A stretch of DNA of 64,000 bases from Gemmatimonadota bacterium (GTDB taxonomy: Bacteria; Gemmatimonadota; Gemmatimonadetes; Gemmatimonadales; GWC2-71-9), in contig JAPULZ010000056.1 of the NCBI GenBank assembly GCA_027294455.1, forward strand, positions 27,854-91,853, written 5' to 3'. Shown one piece after another: positions 34,797 through 44,746 of the stretch; within the stretch, counting starts at the first letter, position 1, and the number at the start of each line of letters is the position of its first letter. A program made the translations under genes and the position numbers. The notes beneath the pieces were generated by a model. The model was not told the origin of the DNA. It was given only the letters and a program-made list of their open reading frames with translations, and did no database searches.

Positions 34797-34849
34797 GAAC
34801 GATCCATGCTGAGTGCGGTCCCGGATGCTTCGCACCCGAGGACCGCAGT

Positions 34850-36424
34850 GTGAGTTCCGACATCTCCCTGCTCACCGCTGCGGTGACGATCGTGTTCGGT
34901 GCACTCGCCGGCGGCCTGACCAACGCCGTGGCGATCTGGATGCTGTTTCATCCGTACACCCCCCGGGGACCGTGGCGCTTCAAGCTTCACGGCGCCATCC
35001 CAAAAAACAAGGCCCGGTTGGCCAAGACGATCGGCCGAACCGTGGGCCAGCGGCTCCTCACCGCAGATGATCTGGCGAGCCAGCTTGCCGCGCCGGAACT
35101 GCGGGCGGCCTTCGACAACGCCATCGGGGGACTCATCGGCACCGTGCTGGACACCGACCGCGGCTCCCTGAGGCAGGAACTCCCCACCGGCCTGTTGCGC
35201 GAGGTCGAGGGCGTACTCGCCCAAATTGCACCCTCCATTGCGCAACAGCTAGCGGATTTCGTCAAGACGGAGGATTTCAACACCGCCGTGGCCGGGTTTC
35301 TTACACACATCGGTGAGGATCTCGGCGACCGGCCCCTGAGCGATTTCCTCACCGAAGAGCGCCGTGCGTCGATACGCAGCCGCATCGAAACATGGGTCGG
35401 CGAAGCCGTGATGAACCCGGAGCTCGAGAAGACAATCGAAAACTGGCTGGACCGCCAGCTCGTCTCCTGGTCCGGCGACCAGACCCCGATGCTGGAGCGG
35501 TTTCCCACCGCCATCGTCGACGCGGTGGAGAAGGAAATCGCCGGCTACCTCCCCGTGGCGCTCGATCGCATCGGCGCGGCGCTGCGGGATCCCAAGACCC
35601 GTTCGAACATCCAGCAATCACTCCACGGACTTTTCGAGGGATTCGTCAAGAACCTCCTCATCCACGAGCGCATCGTGGCGCGCATCGTCGTCACCGAAAA
35701 GACCATCGCACGCCTGCTCGACAACTTCGAGCGGGACGGAGCCGATCAGATGAGCCGGCTGCTCGACGAACCGGAGATGCGCGACCAGGTCGCCAAGGGC
35801 GTCAACGAGGCAATGGTGAAGTTTCTGCGGCGCCCCTTGGCCGATCACCTGGCGGCACTCGGTCCGGAGCGTCTGGAGGGCATCAAGCACATCGCGGTCC
35901 ACCACATCACGGCGGCCCTCCGCGACTCCGCGACTCGCACGTATGCCATCGAAAAGGTCGGCCACGCCCTCGAGAACGCCGAAAAGTACAGCGTGAGCGA
36001 GATCATCAAACGGCTTCCCCCGAAGGATGCCGCCAACTGGACCGCCGCGGCCATCGCATCGGAGCGAGTCCGGGAGTGGATCGAGCAGGGTACCACGGCG
36101 GCGCTCAACGCGCTGTTGGACAAGCCCATCGGGCGTCCGGCAGACCGGCTCCCCGAGGGCAGCTCCACGCGGATCATCGCGGCGCTGTCACCGATCTTGT
36201 GGGAGTGGATGCAGCAGCAGGTGCCCGAACTGGTGGGACGGGTGGACATTCAGGCCGTGGTCGAGGAGAAAGTCGCGGGGTTTTCCCTGGAGCGTATCGA
36301 GCAGATCGTCCGCGCCACCACGCAACGGGAACTGGATCTCATCGTGCGGCTGGGCTACGTGCTCGGGGCCGTCGTCGGTGCCGTGGCCTATCTCGTCACG
36401 GTGGTGCTCTCGATGATTCGATAG
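34850..36424 (+). CDS. DUF445-family membrane-associated protein
   Basis: The N-terminus GGLTNAVAIWMLFHP…G.IPKNK is typical of DUF445/YheB-like proteins. The C-terminal block E..TQRELDLIVRLGYVLGA is also conserved. Confidence 0.7.
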   Translation: MSSDISLLTAAVTIVFGALAGGLTNAVAIWMLFHPYTPRGPWRFKLHGAIPKNKARLAKTIGRTVGQRLLTADDLASQLAAPELRAAFDNAIGGLIGTVLDTDRGSLRQELPTGLLREVEGVLAQIAPSIAQQLADFVKTEDFNTAVAGFLTHIGEDLGDRPLSDFLTEERRASIRSRIETWVGEAVMNPELEKTIENWLDRQLVSWSGDQTPMLERFPTAIVDAVEKEIAGYLPVALDRIGAALRDPKTRSNIQQSLHGLFEGFVKNLLIHERIVARIVVTEKTIARLLDNFERDGADQMSRLLDEPEMRDQVAKGVNEAMVKFLRRPLADHLAALGPERLEGIKHIAVHHITAALRDSATRTYAIEKVGHALENAEKYSVSEIIKRLPPKDAANWTAAAIASERVREWIEQGTTAALNALLDKPIGRPADRLPEGSSTRIIAALSPILWEWMQQQVPELVGRVDIQAVVEEKVAGFSLERIEQIVRATTQRELDLIVRLGYVLGAVVGAVAYLVTVVLSMIR

Positions 36425-36443
36425 CACCGCCGGCCCGGCGGGG

Positions 36444-37637
36444 TCATGGGTCGCGTTCGACGACGCGAGGCGGATCATCCCAGCCCGCCCACCATCGCGG
36501 GGCATCGATCACCAACACCCCCGGCCGGTCACCGACCGGGGCTTGCCTCACCGCGCGCTCACGGCCGCGGGCCGCCGATGCGGCCCATTCGCGCCCGAGC
36601 ACGGTGGCGAACCGGCGCGACGCCTGGGGCGTGTCCCATACCGACCACCAGACGAGGGCGTGCGAGTCCTCGACCTTGAACACGCCGTAGCGGTCGCCGC
36701 CCCAATCCCGGGCGGTTGCCGTCGCCGTCGACTCGCTGCCCGTAGCCGCCGTCACCAGGATCCGGGTATCGAACTCGCCGAGCACGTCGTCGTGCACGAG
36801 GTTCTCCGTGGTGGTGAAGCGGAGGGTCACCGGCTCGTCGCCCGCGAGGTACCGGTCGGGCCGCAGGATCTGCTCGGTGGACCGGGGCAGCAGGTCCCCA
36901 TAGGGGACTTGACCGGGAAACTCGCGCCCGAACCACCGCACGAAGTCAGCACCACCGAGGTACGGGAAGATCAACCCCTCGCGGAGCACGAGTGGCGCGG
37001 AGCTGAAGATCGGGTGGAGGGCCTGCTGGGCGCGGACCGACCGGCGGTACTCCTGCCAGAAGTCGGGGAGCGCCCCGAAGTCCTGATCGGGCATGAGGGC
37101 CATCAGCGAGGCGAGAATGCCCTGCCCTTCCATCACCGCCTGCGCGGCCGTTTGGCGGTCGTTGTCGCCGCGGGTTCGCAGAATGGAATCCAAGGGCATG
37201 TACTGCGCCTGGAGCGCGTGCACGAGCTCGTGGGCGACGATCAAGCGCACTTGAAACTCGTCGGCGCCCGAGACCACGAAGAGCGAATCGGTGAGCGGAT
37301 CGTAAAACCCGACGATTTGTTCGGTGTACAGGTCGAGCATGAGCTTGACGAGATCGAGGGAATCGGGGATGAGCCCAAACAAACGGTAGGCCAACGAGGT
37401 GCGTTCGATTTCTTCCGGCGGCAGCTCGGTTTCGAACTTGTCGAGGAGATACCGATAGACCTGGGCGCTATCGCGGACGGCGACGTTCGGTGGGTACTTG
37501 AAATCGAGGCCGACCGCCCGCTCCACTCCGGGCGCCAATTCCGCTGCAAGCACCTGCAATCGGTCCTGCCACTGGTCCCCTTGCGCGCGGCAGGCCAGCG
37601 TCGTCGCGGCAACGATGGTCAGTGCGAGAATTCTCAT
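36444..37637 (-). CDS. Secreted putative zinc metalloprotease (HExxH)
   Basis: Signal/lipoprotein-like N-terminus MRILALTIVAATTLAC. The motif VAHELVHALQ is present. The family is not identified. Confidence 0.5.
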   Translation of the reverse strand: MRILALTIVAATTLACRAQGDQWQDRLQVLAAELAPGVERAVGLDFKYPPNVAVRDSAQVYRYLLDKFETELPPEEIERTSLAYRLFGLIPDSLDLVKLMLDLYTEQIVGFYDPLTDSLFVVSGADEFQVRLIVAHELVHALQAQYMPLDSILRTRGDNDRQTAAQAVMEGQGILASLMALMPDQDFGALPDFWQEYRRSVRAQQALHPIFSSAPLVLREGLIFPYLGGADFVRWFGREFPGQVPYGDLLPRSTEQILRPDRYLAGDEPVTLRFTTTENLVHDDVLGEFDTRILVTAATGSESTATATARDWGGDRYGVFKVEDSHALVWWSVWDTPQASRRFATVLGREWAASAARGRERAVRQAPVGDRPGVLVIDAPRWWAGWDDPPRVVERDP

Positions 37638-37710
37638 GGCTCAAGATACACCGGTTGGAAGCGAAGTTCCCCAATCTACGGGAGCGCATTCCGCACCGGT
37701 GTATCAGCCG

Positions 37711-38493
37711 TCACCGCGCTCGGCGCAACCGAATGCTCCCGTTTACCGTACTCACGTCGAGGCGGGTGCCGCCCTCGCCGATCCGACCCTGGAGCGTCCG
37801 CCGGCTGAACCGGCCGCTCACGGTGATGGGAAGCGCGCTGTCGATGCTCCCGTTCACGGTGCTGGCGTGCAGGTCGACGTTGCTGTCCTCGGGCAAGTCG
37901 AGCGTGATGTTGCCATTGACCGTCTCAAACCGCACATCGCCCGACGTCGAACCGATCGACGCGCGAATAGACCCGTTGATGGTCGTGGCCACGGCCCGTT
38001 GCGTCGTCTTTACCTCGACGTCGCCGTTGACGGTGGCGGTCTCTACGTCGCTTGCGAGCCCGATCGCTTCGACGTCGCCGTTGACGGTGCGGCCCACGAA
38101 CCGCACACCGGCCGGCACGCTCACCGTGAAGTGCACGCGCGTGTCGTTGTTGCGCGTGTTCATACGGCCACCCGACCCATGCACGCACTCGTTCGGCCGT
38201 CCACTCGACGGGTACACCGCGCAGATGGTGATCCCGTCACCGTGTTCGACGACTACGATGTCGACCGCGTCCGGATCGCTCCGGCGGCCCCGCTTGATGG
38301 CCGTGACGACGACCTCGCTTCCTGACGTGAACGCGGCGACGACATCGCCGTTGACGCCCTTGATCTCGATTGCGTCTCCTTGCGCGATGCGACCCCGCCA
38401 TTCGAAGTCCTGCGCCGCCAGCTGGGTCGCGCCGATCGCTGCGGAAAACGCCAAGACCAGCGGCAGGCGCATGCACACTGGATGCTGCGTCAT
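37711..38493 (-). CDS. DUF4097-domain (putative beta-helical adhesin-like) protein
   Basis: VNGD/VNGS/VNGNI strands recur periodically (VNGDVVAAF, TVNGDVEV, TINGSIRA, TVNGNITL, STVNGSI). A signal peptide is present. I start at ATG 38493; 38472 is an alternative. Confidence 0.7.
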   Translation of the reverse strand: MTQHPVCMRLPLVLAFSAAIGATQLAAQDFEWRGRIAQGDAIEIKGVNGDVVAAFTSGSEVVVTAIKRGRRSDPDAVDIVVVEHGDGITICAVYPSSGRPNECVHGSGGRMNTRNNDTRVHFTVSVPAGVRFVGRTVNGDVEAIGLASDVETATVNGDVEVKTTQRAVATTINGSIRASIGSTSGDVRFETVNGNITLDLPEDSNVDLHASTVNGSIDSALPITVSGRFSRRTLQGRIGEGGTRLDVSTVNGSIRLRRAR

Positions 38494-38500
38494 GATTGCC

Positions 38501-39364
38501 TCATCGCAGACGACGGAGAAAAATGTCCCCGTCAAAAGTTTCCATTCGCAACACCGCCCCGCCATCACCCAACGTGAAGTTGAATCGATATCGCTGCGAC
38601 CCGCGAAGGATCACCGGGAAGCTCGTCTCGAACTCGCCCTCGAACGTCGCCACGCTCACGCTGGCGTTCACCCCGGCCGGAACCCAAACCGTCACGTCAC
38701 CGTCGTGCGTGCCGAAGCGGTACCGGCCGCCATCGTGAATCGGCCCCGAAAACGTCACGTCGCCGTCTACGGTGTTGGCCGTGATCTGCCGCGCGTCGAC
38801 GTTGTCCAGCTCGATGTCGCCGTCGATCGATTCCGCCGTCACTTCACCGGACACGTTGCGGATCCACACGTTGCCACCCGTGGAGGTGGCGTGGATCCGC
38901 CCACGCGCATCTTCGATACGAACGTCGTCATCCAGGGATTGCACGGAGACGAAGCCGGCTCCGCCACGCACAAGCACGGCGCCCTCCACTGTCTCTACCG
39001 ACACGTCGCCCGCGGTTCCGATCACGCTCACGGCGACTTCCACGCCACTGAGATCCAGGTCGAGGTAGGGCGGTACTGTGATCGCGAAATCGACATCCGC
39101 ATCGTCGTCGATATCGTCCTCGAATCCCCGCGCCACCACCCGTCGCACCCGCAACACCGCACCGGAGCGCTCCACGTCGATCCGGAAGCCCCGGGGACGC
39201 CGCACGATGATGCGTACGGCATCGCGCTGCCAGACCGTTACGCGAATCTCCCCGGTCTGGTTTCGCAGATCGAGGCGCATACCATCTTCGACGGCGATGG
39301 TCGTGTCTGTCGCTTGAAACAGGACCGAAGCGACGAGGGCTCCGGCCGCGAACGTGCTGATCAT
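38501..39364 (-). CDS. DUF4097-domain (putative beta-helical adhesin-like) protein
   Basis: Periodic G.V.V/DGDI/DGDV strand repeats (GGNVWI, IDGDIEL, TVDGDVTF, HDGDVTV, FDGDIFL). N-terminal signal or anchor. Confidence 0.7.
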   Translation of the reverse strand: MISTFAAGALVASVLFQATDTTIAVEDGMRLDLRNQTGEIRVTVWQRDAVRIIVRRPRGFRIDVERSGAVLRVRRVVARGFEDDIDDDADVDFAITVPPYLDLDLSGVEVAVSVIGTAGDVSVETVEGAVLVRGGAGFVSVQSLDDDVRIEDARGRIHATSTGGNVWIRNVSGEVTAESIDGDIELDNVDARQITANTVDGDVTFSGPIHDGGRYRFGTHDGDVTVWVPAGVNASVSVATFEGEFETSFPVILRGSQRYRFNFTLGDGGAVLRMETFDGDIFLRRLR

Positions 39365-39398
39365 GAAATACCTAAACTTTCTGGCCTGTCACTTCGCG

Positions 39399-40112
39399 CT
39401 ACAGCGCGCTGGAGATCGCGGTCACACCTTGCAGTAACGTCAACTTGTGTAGCATGGCCCGCTCGAGGTGCCCCCGCAGGTAGTCGCTCTCGGGATCGGC
39501 CGCTAACGCTCGCAGCGAACGCTCGATCGCCCGGTCGATGATCGCCAGGTTGTCTTCGACGATCCGGACGGTTGCCGGATCCAGGATTTCCCGCTCCCGC
39601 TCAAATACCGTCGTCAGGTCGGCCACCGCCTGTTCCAACCTGATGGCCCCGACCGACACGAACGACGCCTCGGCGACCGGCACGTCAGTAGCCGTGATGC
39701 CGTCACCGGCGATCGGCCCGTCGAGCGGCGATGCCGGGCCTCGCAACACCATTGCGCCACCTCCCGACAACAGCACCAGGGCGATGGCGGCGGCGAGGAG
39801 CTGCGGCACCGACACCGACAGCCGACCGGTGGACCACCACCGCCTGACGTGCAACATGGTGACCGCGTTCTCCGTGTCCGGCGCCCTGGCCCCTATTTGC
39901 TTGGCGATCCCCTCCCAAATCCGCTGCACCTGTGGCGGGACCTTGTCGTCCAGCGCCCGCGCCCGCATCACGACGCGACGAAGACCCTCGAGGGCTGCCG
40001 CCGATTCGGCGTCTTGGGCCAGACGCGCCTCCACGAGCGCCCGCTCGGCCGGTGTCATCTCGCCGTCGATGTAATCCGAGAGTCGATCCATCCACTTGTC
40101 GCTCATCGTCAC
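39399..40112 (-). CDS. Anti-sigma factor (zf-HC2-like N-terminus, single TM)
   Basis: LSDYIDGEMTPAERALVEARL is typical of anti-sigma N-domains. A central TM helix LLAAAIALVLLSGGGAMVL is present. The gene lies 2 nt downstream of the ECF sigma gene. Confidence 0.7.
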   Translation of the reverse strand: MTMSDKWMDRLSDYIDGEMTPAERALVEARLAQDAESAAALEGLRRVVMRARALDDKVPPQVQRIWEGIAKQIGARAPDTENAVTMLHVRRWWSTGRLSVSVPQLLAAAIALVLLSGGGAMVLRGPASPLDGPIAGDGITATDVPVAEASFVSVGAIRLEQAVADLTTVFEREREILDPATVRIVEDNLAIIDRAIERSLRALAADPESDYLRGHLERAMLHKLTLLQGVTAISSAL

Positions 40113-40114
40113 TC

Positions 40115-40690
40115 CTAGCGGTCGAGATGCTTGCGGAGGGTCATCCGCGCTCGGTGCAGTTGCGCTTTCGAGGTGCCAGCCGTCACACCGAGCATCTCGG
40201 CAATCTCATGGTGCTTGTATCCCTCGACATCGTGGAGCACGAACACGCTGCGCGCGCCGGGGGGAAGGTGTTCGATCGCTGCATCGACATCCATATCGAG
40301 TCCTTCCGGTTTCACCCGGGCCGACAGACGCTCGAGCGGTTCATCGGAATCTAGGTACCGCTCCCGCCGCACACCGCGTTCTTTCCGCGCGCCGAGGATT
40401 ACGTTGATGGCCACTCGATGCAGCCACGTGCCGAATGCCGCTTCTCCGCGAAACGTGCCGAGCTTTTCCCACGCGCGAACGAAGACGTCTTGCGTGAGCT
40501 CGTCGGCGTCGCCGGATCCCAGCATCCTCCGCGCGAGCCCATGAATGCGCGCGACATGCGTCCGATACAGCCGCTCGAACGCTTGCGAATCACCACTCGC
40601 CGCCAAGGTCACGTCGATCGCGTCCTGGTCCGCCGAGGCCGTCGTGGCTTCTCGTGGCAGTTCGGTCACCCTGGGGCCGTCGACTTCCAT
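40115..40690 (-). CDS. ECF-type RNA polymerase sigma factor
   Basis: Region 2 is FERLYRTHVARIHGLARRMLG…DADELTQDVFVRAWE. Region 4 is VFVLHDVEGYKHHEIAEMLGVTAGTSKAQLHRAR. Confidence 0.9.
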   Translation of the reverse strand: MEVDGPRVTELPREATTASADQDAIDVTLAASGDSQAFERLYRTHVARIHGLARRMLGSGDADELTQDVFVRAWEKLGTFRGEAAFGTWLHRVAINVILGARKERGVRRERYLDSDEPLERLSARVKPEGLDMDVDAAIEHLPPGARSVFVLHDVEGYKHHEIAEMLGVTAGTSKAQLHRARMTLRKHLDR

Positions 40691-40771
40691 GCACTCAATT
40701 GGATACCCGTTTCACCGCAAAGGTTGAAACGTTCATCGTATCATTAATCATATCAATAGCTTACGGCACTT

Positions 40772-41542
40772 TTACACGCCGAGGAATCCCATGTACCAGG
40801 CTACCAAGGCGTCCCCGAACACGAAGGCGATGGCCGCGGCCCCGGCCAGGAATACGCCGAACGGCACCAGCCGCTCCCGATTGCCGAAGCTGAGGGGCAC
40901 GAAGATGAGGGTCCCCAGGAGGGCGCCCCCGAAGAGGGTGATCAACACCCCCTGCCACCCGACGAACGATCCCACCATCGTCATCATCTTGATGTCTCCG
41001 CCCCCCATCGCTTCCTTTTTGAACGCTTTCTCCCCGGCCCAGGCGACGAAATACAGCAGTCCAAATCCGGTCGCGGCGCCCACGACTGCGGTGATCAGAC
41101 CGTCCAGACCGCCCGCGAGGCTCAGCACCAGGCCGACGCCGAGCCCACCCCACGTGTACTCGTTGGGAATGAGGTAGTGCCGCGCGTCGGTGATCGCGAT
41201 GCCCAACAGGAGCGTGCCGAACACCGCCGCGGCCAAACCTGTGACCGTGATCCCGTACCACCACGCCGATGCCAGCCACATCAACCCGACGGTCAACTCG
41301 ATCAAAGGATACTGGAAGGAGATCGGCTGTCCGCAGTGACGGCAGCACCCTCGCAGGAGCACCCACGAGAGCACCGGGATGTTGTCGTACCAAGCGATCA
41401 TCTTGCCGCACTTGGGACACTTGGACCGCGGCTTGACGACAGACTCGTCCTCCGGCAGCCGCACGATACACACGTTCAGGAAGCTGCCGAAGTTCAAACC
41501 CAAGAGTGTCGCGGCAATCAGAAAGAAATAATCAGGTATCAC
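40772..41542 (-). CDS. Prepilin peptidase (A24 family)
   Basis: The N-terminal zinc-ribbon block is GSFLNV…PRS.CP.CG..I.WYDNIP..S…G.C..C. Multiple TM helices are present, with the GGGDIKMM active-site motif. Confidence 0.9.
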   Translation of the reverse strand: MIPDYFFLIAATLLGLNFGSFLNVCIVRLPEDESVVKPRSKCPKCGKMIAWYDNIPVLSWVLLRGCCRHCGQPISFQYPLIELTVGLMWLASAWWYGITVTGLAAAVFGTLLLGIAITDARHYLIPNEYTWGGLGVGLVLSLAGGLDGLITAVVGAATGFGLLYFVAWAGEKAFKKEAMGGGDIKMMTMVGSFVGWQGVLITLFGGALLGTLIFVPLSFGNRERLVPFGVFLAGAAAIAFVFGDALVAWYMGFLGV

Positions 41543-42302
41543 GCATGACCTCGTTGAGGATGATGCCCGCCGCCACGGCGACGTTCAATGACTCGACTTC
41601 CGTGACCGTTCGCACACTGACCACCGCATCGGCGATCCCTTGCAGTTCCGCACGGACGCCTGCGCCTTCGTTTCCCACGATGAGCGCGAGACGGTCCGGG
41701 CGCGAGATGGTGCGGATATCGACTCCCGAGGCCGCGCTCGCCCACAGCGTTATCGCCTCCCGCTCGGCCCACGCAACGAAATCTCTCTGGCCGAGTGCCA
41801 CCACGGGCATGCGGAACGTGACGCCCATCGCCGCGCGGAGCACCTTTGGATGGGTAAGATGCGCGCTGCCGGGTAACAGCACGGCCCCGCCGGCACCGAG
41901 GGCGAACGCCGTGCGGAGCAATGCACCGACATTCCCCGGATCCTGAACACCATCCAACACGAGGTGGACCATCCCAGCGCCAACGGCAAGATCGGCCAAC
42001 GACCAGGCTGGATGCTCGAACACGGCAAGCACCCCCTGGGGCGTGTCCGTGTCCGCGAGTTCGAGGAGCTCGCGTTCGGCCAATTCCTCCACCGCCACAC
42101 CGGTGTCGCCCAACCGACGCCGCAGAGCTCGACCGCGGTCGGTGCGCTCCAGCGCGCCGCTGATGATCACTCCCTCTAGCGACAGACCGGCGGCCAGGGC
42201 CTCCTCGACGAGCCGCACGCCCTCCGCCACGGCGAGCGGGTGTCGGCGGCGTGCTTTGCGTTGCTGTAGATTTCTCACTAACGTCAGGAGGTGTGGTGTC
42301 AT
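41532..42302 (-). CDS. TrmH/SpoU-family RNA 2'-O-methyltransferase
   Basis: A substrate-binding N-domain is followed by the SpoU motifs DGVQDPGNVGALLRTA, LIVGNEGAGV and ESLNVAVAAGI. I start at ATG 42302; 42332 is an alternative. Confidence 0.8.
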   Translation of the reverse strand: MTPHLLTLVRNLQQRKARRRHPLAVAEGVRLVEEALAAGLSLEGVIISGALERTDRGRALRRRLGDTGVAVEELAERELLELADTDTPQGVLAVFEHPAWSLADLAVGAGMVHLVLDGVQDPGNVGALLRTAFALGAGGAVLLPGSAHLTHPKVLRAAMGVTFRMPVVALGQRDFVAWAEREAITLWASAASGVDIRTISRPDRLALIVGNEGAGVRAELQGIADAVVSVRTVTEVESLNVAVAAGIILNEVMRDT

Positions 42303-42422
42303 GCCCGGGTCGCGTTCAGCGGGTGGAGCCATCGATCTCGGAAACCAGTATGCCGCACAGCATGTGAAAGAGCTACCGGCAAATCAGGATCGAGCGTTGT
42401 CGCGGGTCATCTACGTGATACG

Positions 42423-43265
42423 ATGACGTCGGGTCAAGGCCAGCCGACGCGCGGTCGCCGGCCCATCGCTCTCACCATCGCCGGATCCGATTCGGGGGGC
42501 GGGGCGGGCATCCAAGCCGACTTGAAGACCTTTCACCAGTTCGGCGTGTTCGGCACGTCGGTGATCGTCGCCGTCACGGCGCAGAATACCCGGGGCGTCG
42601 CCGGCGTTCACGAGATTCCCGGTGAGATGGTCACGAGCCAGATGGAAGCACTCGCCGGCGATCTTCCCCCCGATGCGGTGAAGACCGGGATGCTGGCCAC
42701 CCCGGAGCTAGTCGACCTCGTCGCCACGGGAATCAAGCACTTTGGCTTCCGCCGTCTCGTGGTGGACCCGGTCATGGTGGCCACGTCGGGCGACCGGCTG
42801 CTCTCCCCCGACGCGGAACGCCTCGTTGCCCAACGACTGGTGCCCCTCGCTACCCTGGTCACGCCAAACCTCGAAGAAGCCCGGTTATTATTGCATGAAG
42901 CCATCGACGGGATCGACGACATGGAGCGAGCGGGCCACAAACTAATGCAGTTGGGAGCGGAAGCCGTCCTCGTCAAGGGCGGTCACATGAGCGGCGACGA
43001 CAGTGAGCTCGTGGACGTGTTGGTCACCGGCGACACCGTCCGCCACTTCCGCCATCCGAGAATCCCCACCGCCTCCACGCATGGCACGGGGTGCACCTTG
43101 AGCGCCGCCGTCGCGGCGGGCCTGGCGCATGGCAGGGACTTGGTGACGGCCGTCGTCGACGCCGTTGATTTCGTCCACCGCGCGATCGCGGGCGCTCCGG
43201 CCATTGGGCACGGGCACGGACCGATAAGCCATTTCGTCGCCGCTCCCACCCACGCCAATTCGTAA
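42423..43265 (+). CDS. thiD: Hydroxymethylpyrimidine/phosphomethylpyrimidine kinase
   Basis: [34 protein letters not shown] and the C-terminal [10 protein letters not shown] start at ATG 42423. Confidence 0.9.
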   Translation: MTSGQGQPTRGRRPIALTIAGSDSGGGAGIQADLKTFHQFGVFGTSVIVAVTAQNTRGVAGVHEIPGEMVTSQMEALAGDLPPDAVKTGMLATPELVDLVATGIKHFGFRRLVVDPVMVATSGDRLLSPDAERLVAQRLVPLATLVTPNLEEARLLLHEAIDGIDDMERAGHKLMQLGAEAVLVKGGHMSGDDSELVDVLVTGDTVRHFRHPRIPTASTHGTGCTLSAAVAAGLAHGRDLVTAVVDAVDFVHRAIAGAPAIGHGHGPISHFVAAPTHANS

Positions 43266-43267
43266 CC

Positions 43268-44737
43268 ATGGCCAAACGCAAAACGGCACGGCGCACATCC
43301 CTCCAACTCGCGCAATCTCCGGAACCCCACCAAGCGGACCACGTCCGAGGCGTGTTCTGCAACCGCACGCTGAATCTGCGGTCGATCACCGCGATCGGCT
43401 ACGACATGGACTACACGCTCGTCCACTACAACGTGGAGCAATGGGAGCAGCTCGCCTACCAACACATCAAGCAGAAACTCGTCGATCAGGGATGGCCGCT
43501 GGAGGACTTGGAGTTCAATCACAGGGCCGTGGTACGTGGATTGATCATCGACAGGGAACTGGGCAACATCCTGAAGGCAAACCGGTTCGGATACATCAAG
43601 CAGGCGCGCCATGGAACCTGGCTCATGGACCACGCCGTGCTGCGCAAAGTCTACGGGAGGACCATCATCGACCTGACAGAGGGCCGCTGGGTCTTTCTCA
43701 ATACGCTGTTTTCTTTGTCCGAAGCGTGTATGTACGGGCAACTCATCGATCTGCTCGATCGGGACGAGATACCCAACGTGCTGACGCCGCGAGACCTGTA
43801 CGATATCATCCGCACATCCCTCGACGAGACCCACATGGAGGGGGCTCTCAAGACGGAGATCGTCACGAATCCAGATCGCTACCTGCGATTGGATCCCGAC
43901 GTGCCGCTGACGCTCCTGGATCAGCAACGCGCCGGGAAGAAGCTGCTCCTCATCACCAATTCTGAATGGGAGTACACTCGAGCGATGATGGAATACGCGT
44001 TCGATCGCTTTCTCCCTGAGGGCGTCGCGTGGCGCGATCTGTTCCATCTCGTCATCGTGTCCGCCCGTAAGCCAGCGTTCTTCTCGACCGACCATCCCTT
44101 CTTCGAAGTCAGCGGCGACGACGGCCTCCTGCGTCGCGTGGTTGGGGGCCCGAGTCCCGGCGGCGTCTTCCTCGGAGGAAACGCCGCCGCCGTGGAGCAC
44201 CACCTCGGCATCTCCGGTGACAGCATCCTGTACGTCGGCGACCACCTATTCAGCGACGTCCACGTAACGAAAAACCTGCTGCGATGGAGAACGGCGCTGA
44301 TTGTGCCAGAACTCGAGGGCGAACTTGCCGCGACCCGATCTTTTGCCGGCGACCAGGGGCGGTTGGCTGCGTTGATGAAGGAAAAAGAGCAACTCGAGCT
44401 GGAGCAAAACCAGGCGCGCCTGCTGCTACAGCGAAAGCGCAAGGGGTACGGCCCACGGCCAGAAGAGCCGGCGAAAGATCTCGAGCTGCGGGTCGCACGT
44501 TCGCGGCGCAAGCTCATCGCGTTGGATGAGAAGATCCGGCCGCTGGCCGAAGCGGCGGGCGAGGTGAGCAACACGCGCTGGGGCCTGCTGATGCGAGCGG
44601 GGAACGACAAAAGCCACATGGCGCGGCAGATCGAGCGACACGCCGACATCTACATGTCACGCGTCTCCAACTTCATGCAGTGCACGCCCTACGCTTACTT
44701 CCGCTCGCCACGAGGCAGTTTGCCGCACGATCGGTAG
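43268..44737 (+). CDS. HAD-IG family 5'-nucleotidase
   Basis: VFCNR.LNL..I.AIGYDMDYTLV.Y (DxDxT), TNS.WEYT, and GDH.F.D motifs resemble the cytosolic purine 5'-nucleotidase family (PF05761). Confidence 0.8.
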   Translation: MAKRKTARRTSLQLAQSPEPHQADHVRGVFCNRTLNLRSITAIGYDMDYTLVHYNVEQWEQLAYQHIKQKLVDQGWPLEDLEFNHRAVVRGLIIDRELGNILKANRFGYIKQARHGTWLMDHAVLRKVYGRTIIDLTEGRWVFLNTLFSLSEACMYGQLIDLLDRDEIPNVLTPRDLYDIIRTSLDETHMEGALKTEIVTNPDRYLRLDPDVPLTLLDQQRAGKKLLLITNSEWEYTRAMMEYAFDRFLPEGVAWRDLFHLVIVSARKPAFFSTDHPFFEVSGDDGLLRRVVGGPSPGGVFLGGNAAAVEHHLGISGDSILYVGDHLFSDVHVTKNLLRWRTALIVPELEGELAATRSFAGDQGRLAALMKEKEQLELEQNQARLLLQRKRKGYGPRPEEPAKDLELRVARSRRKLIALDEKIRPLAEAAGEVSNTRWGLLMRAGNDKSHMARQIERHADIYMSRVSNFMQCTPYAYFRSPRGSLPHDR

Positions 44738-44746
44738 CGACACCCG

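Noticed and set aside
42303-42422. I looked for a TPP riboswitch in the divergent spacer upstream of thiD.
   Set aside because: No CUGAGA / ACCUGAUCUGGAUAAUGCCAGCG-type core elements are recognisable, and the spacer is only about 120 nt and is shared with the trmH-like promoter.
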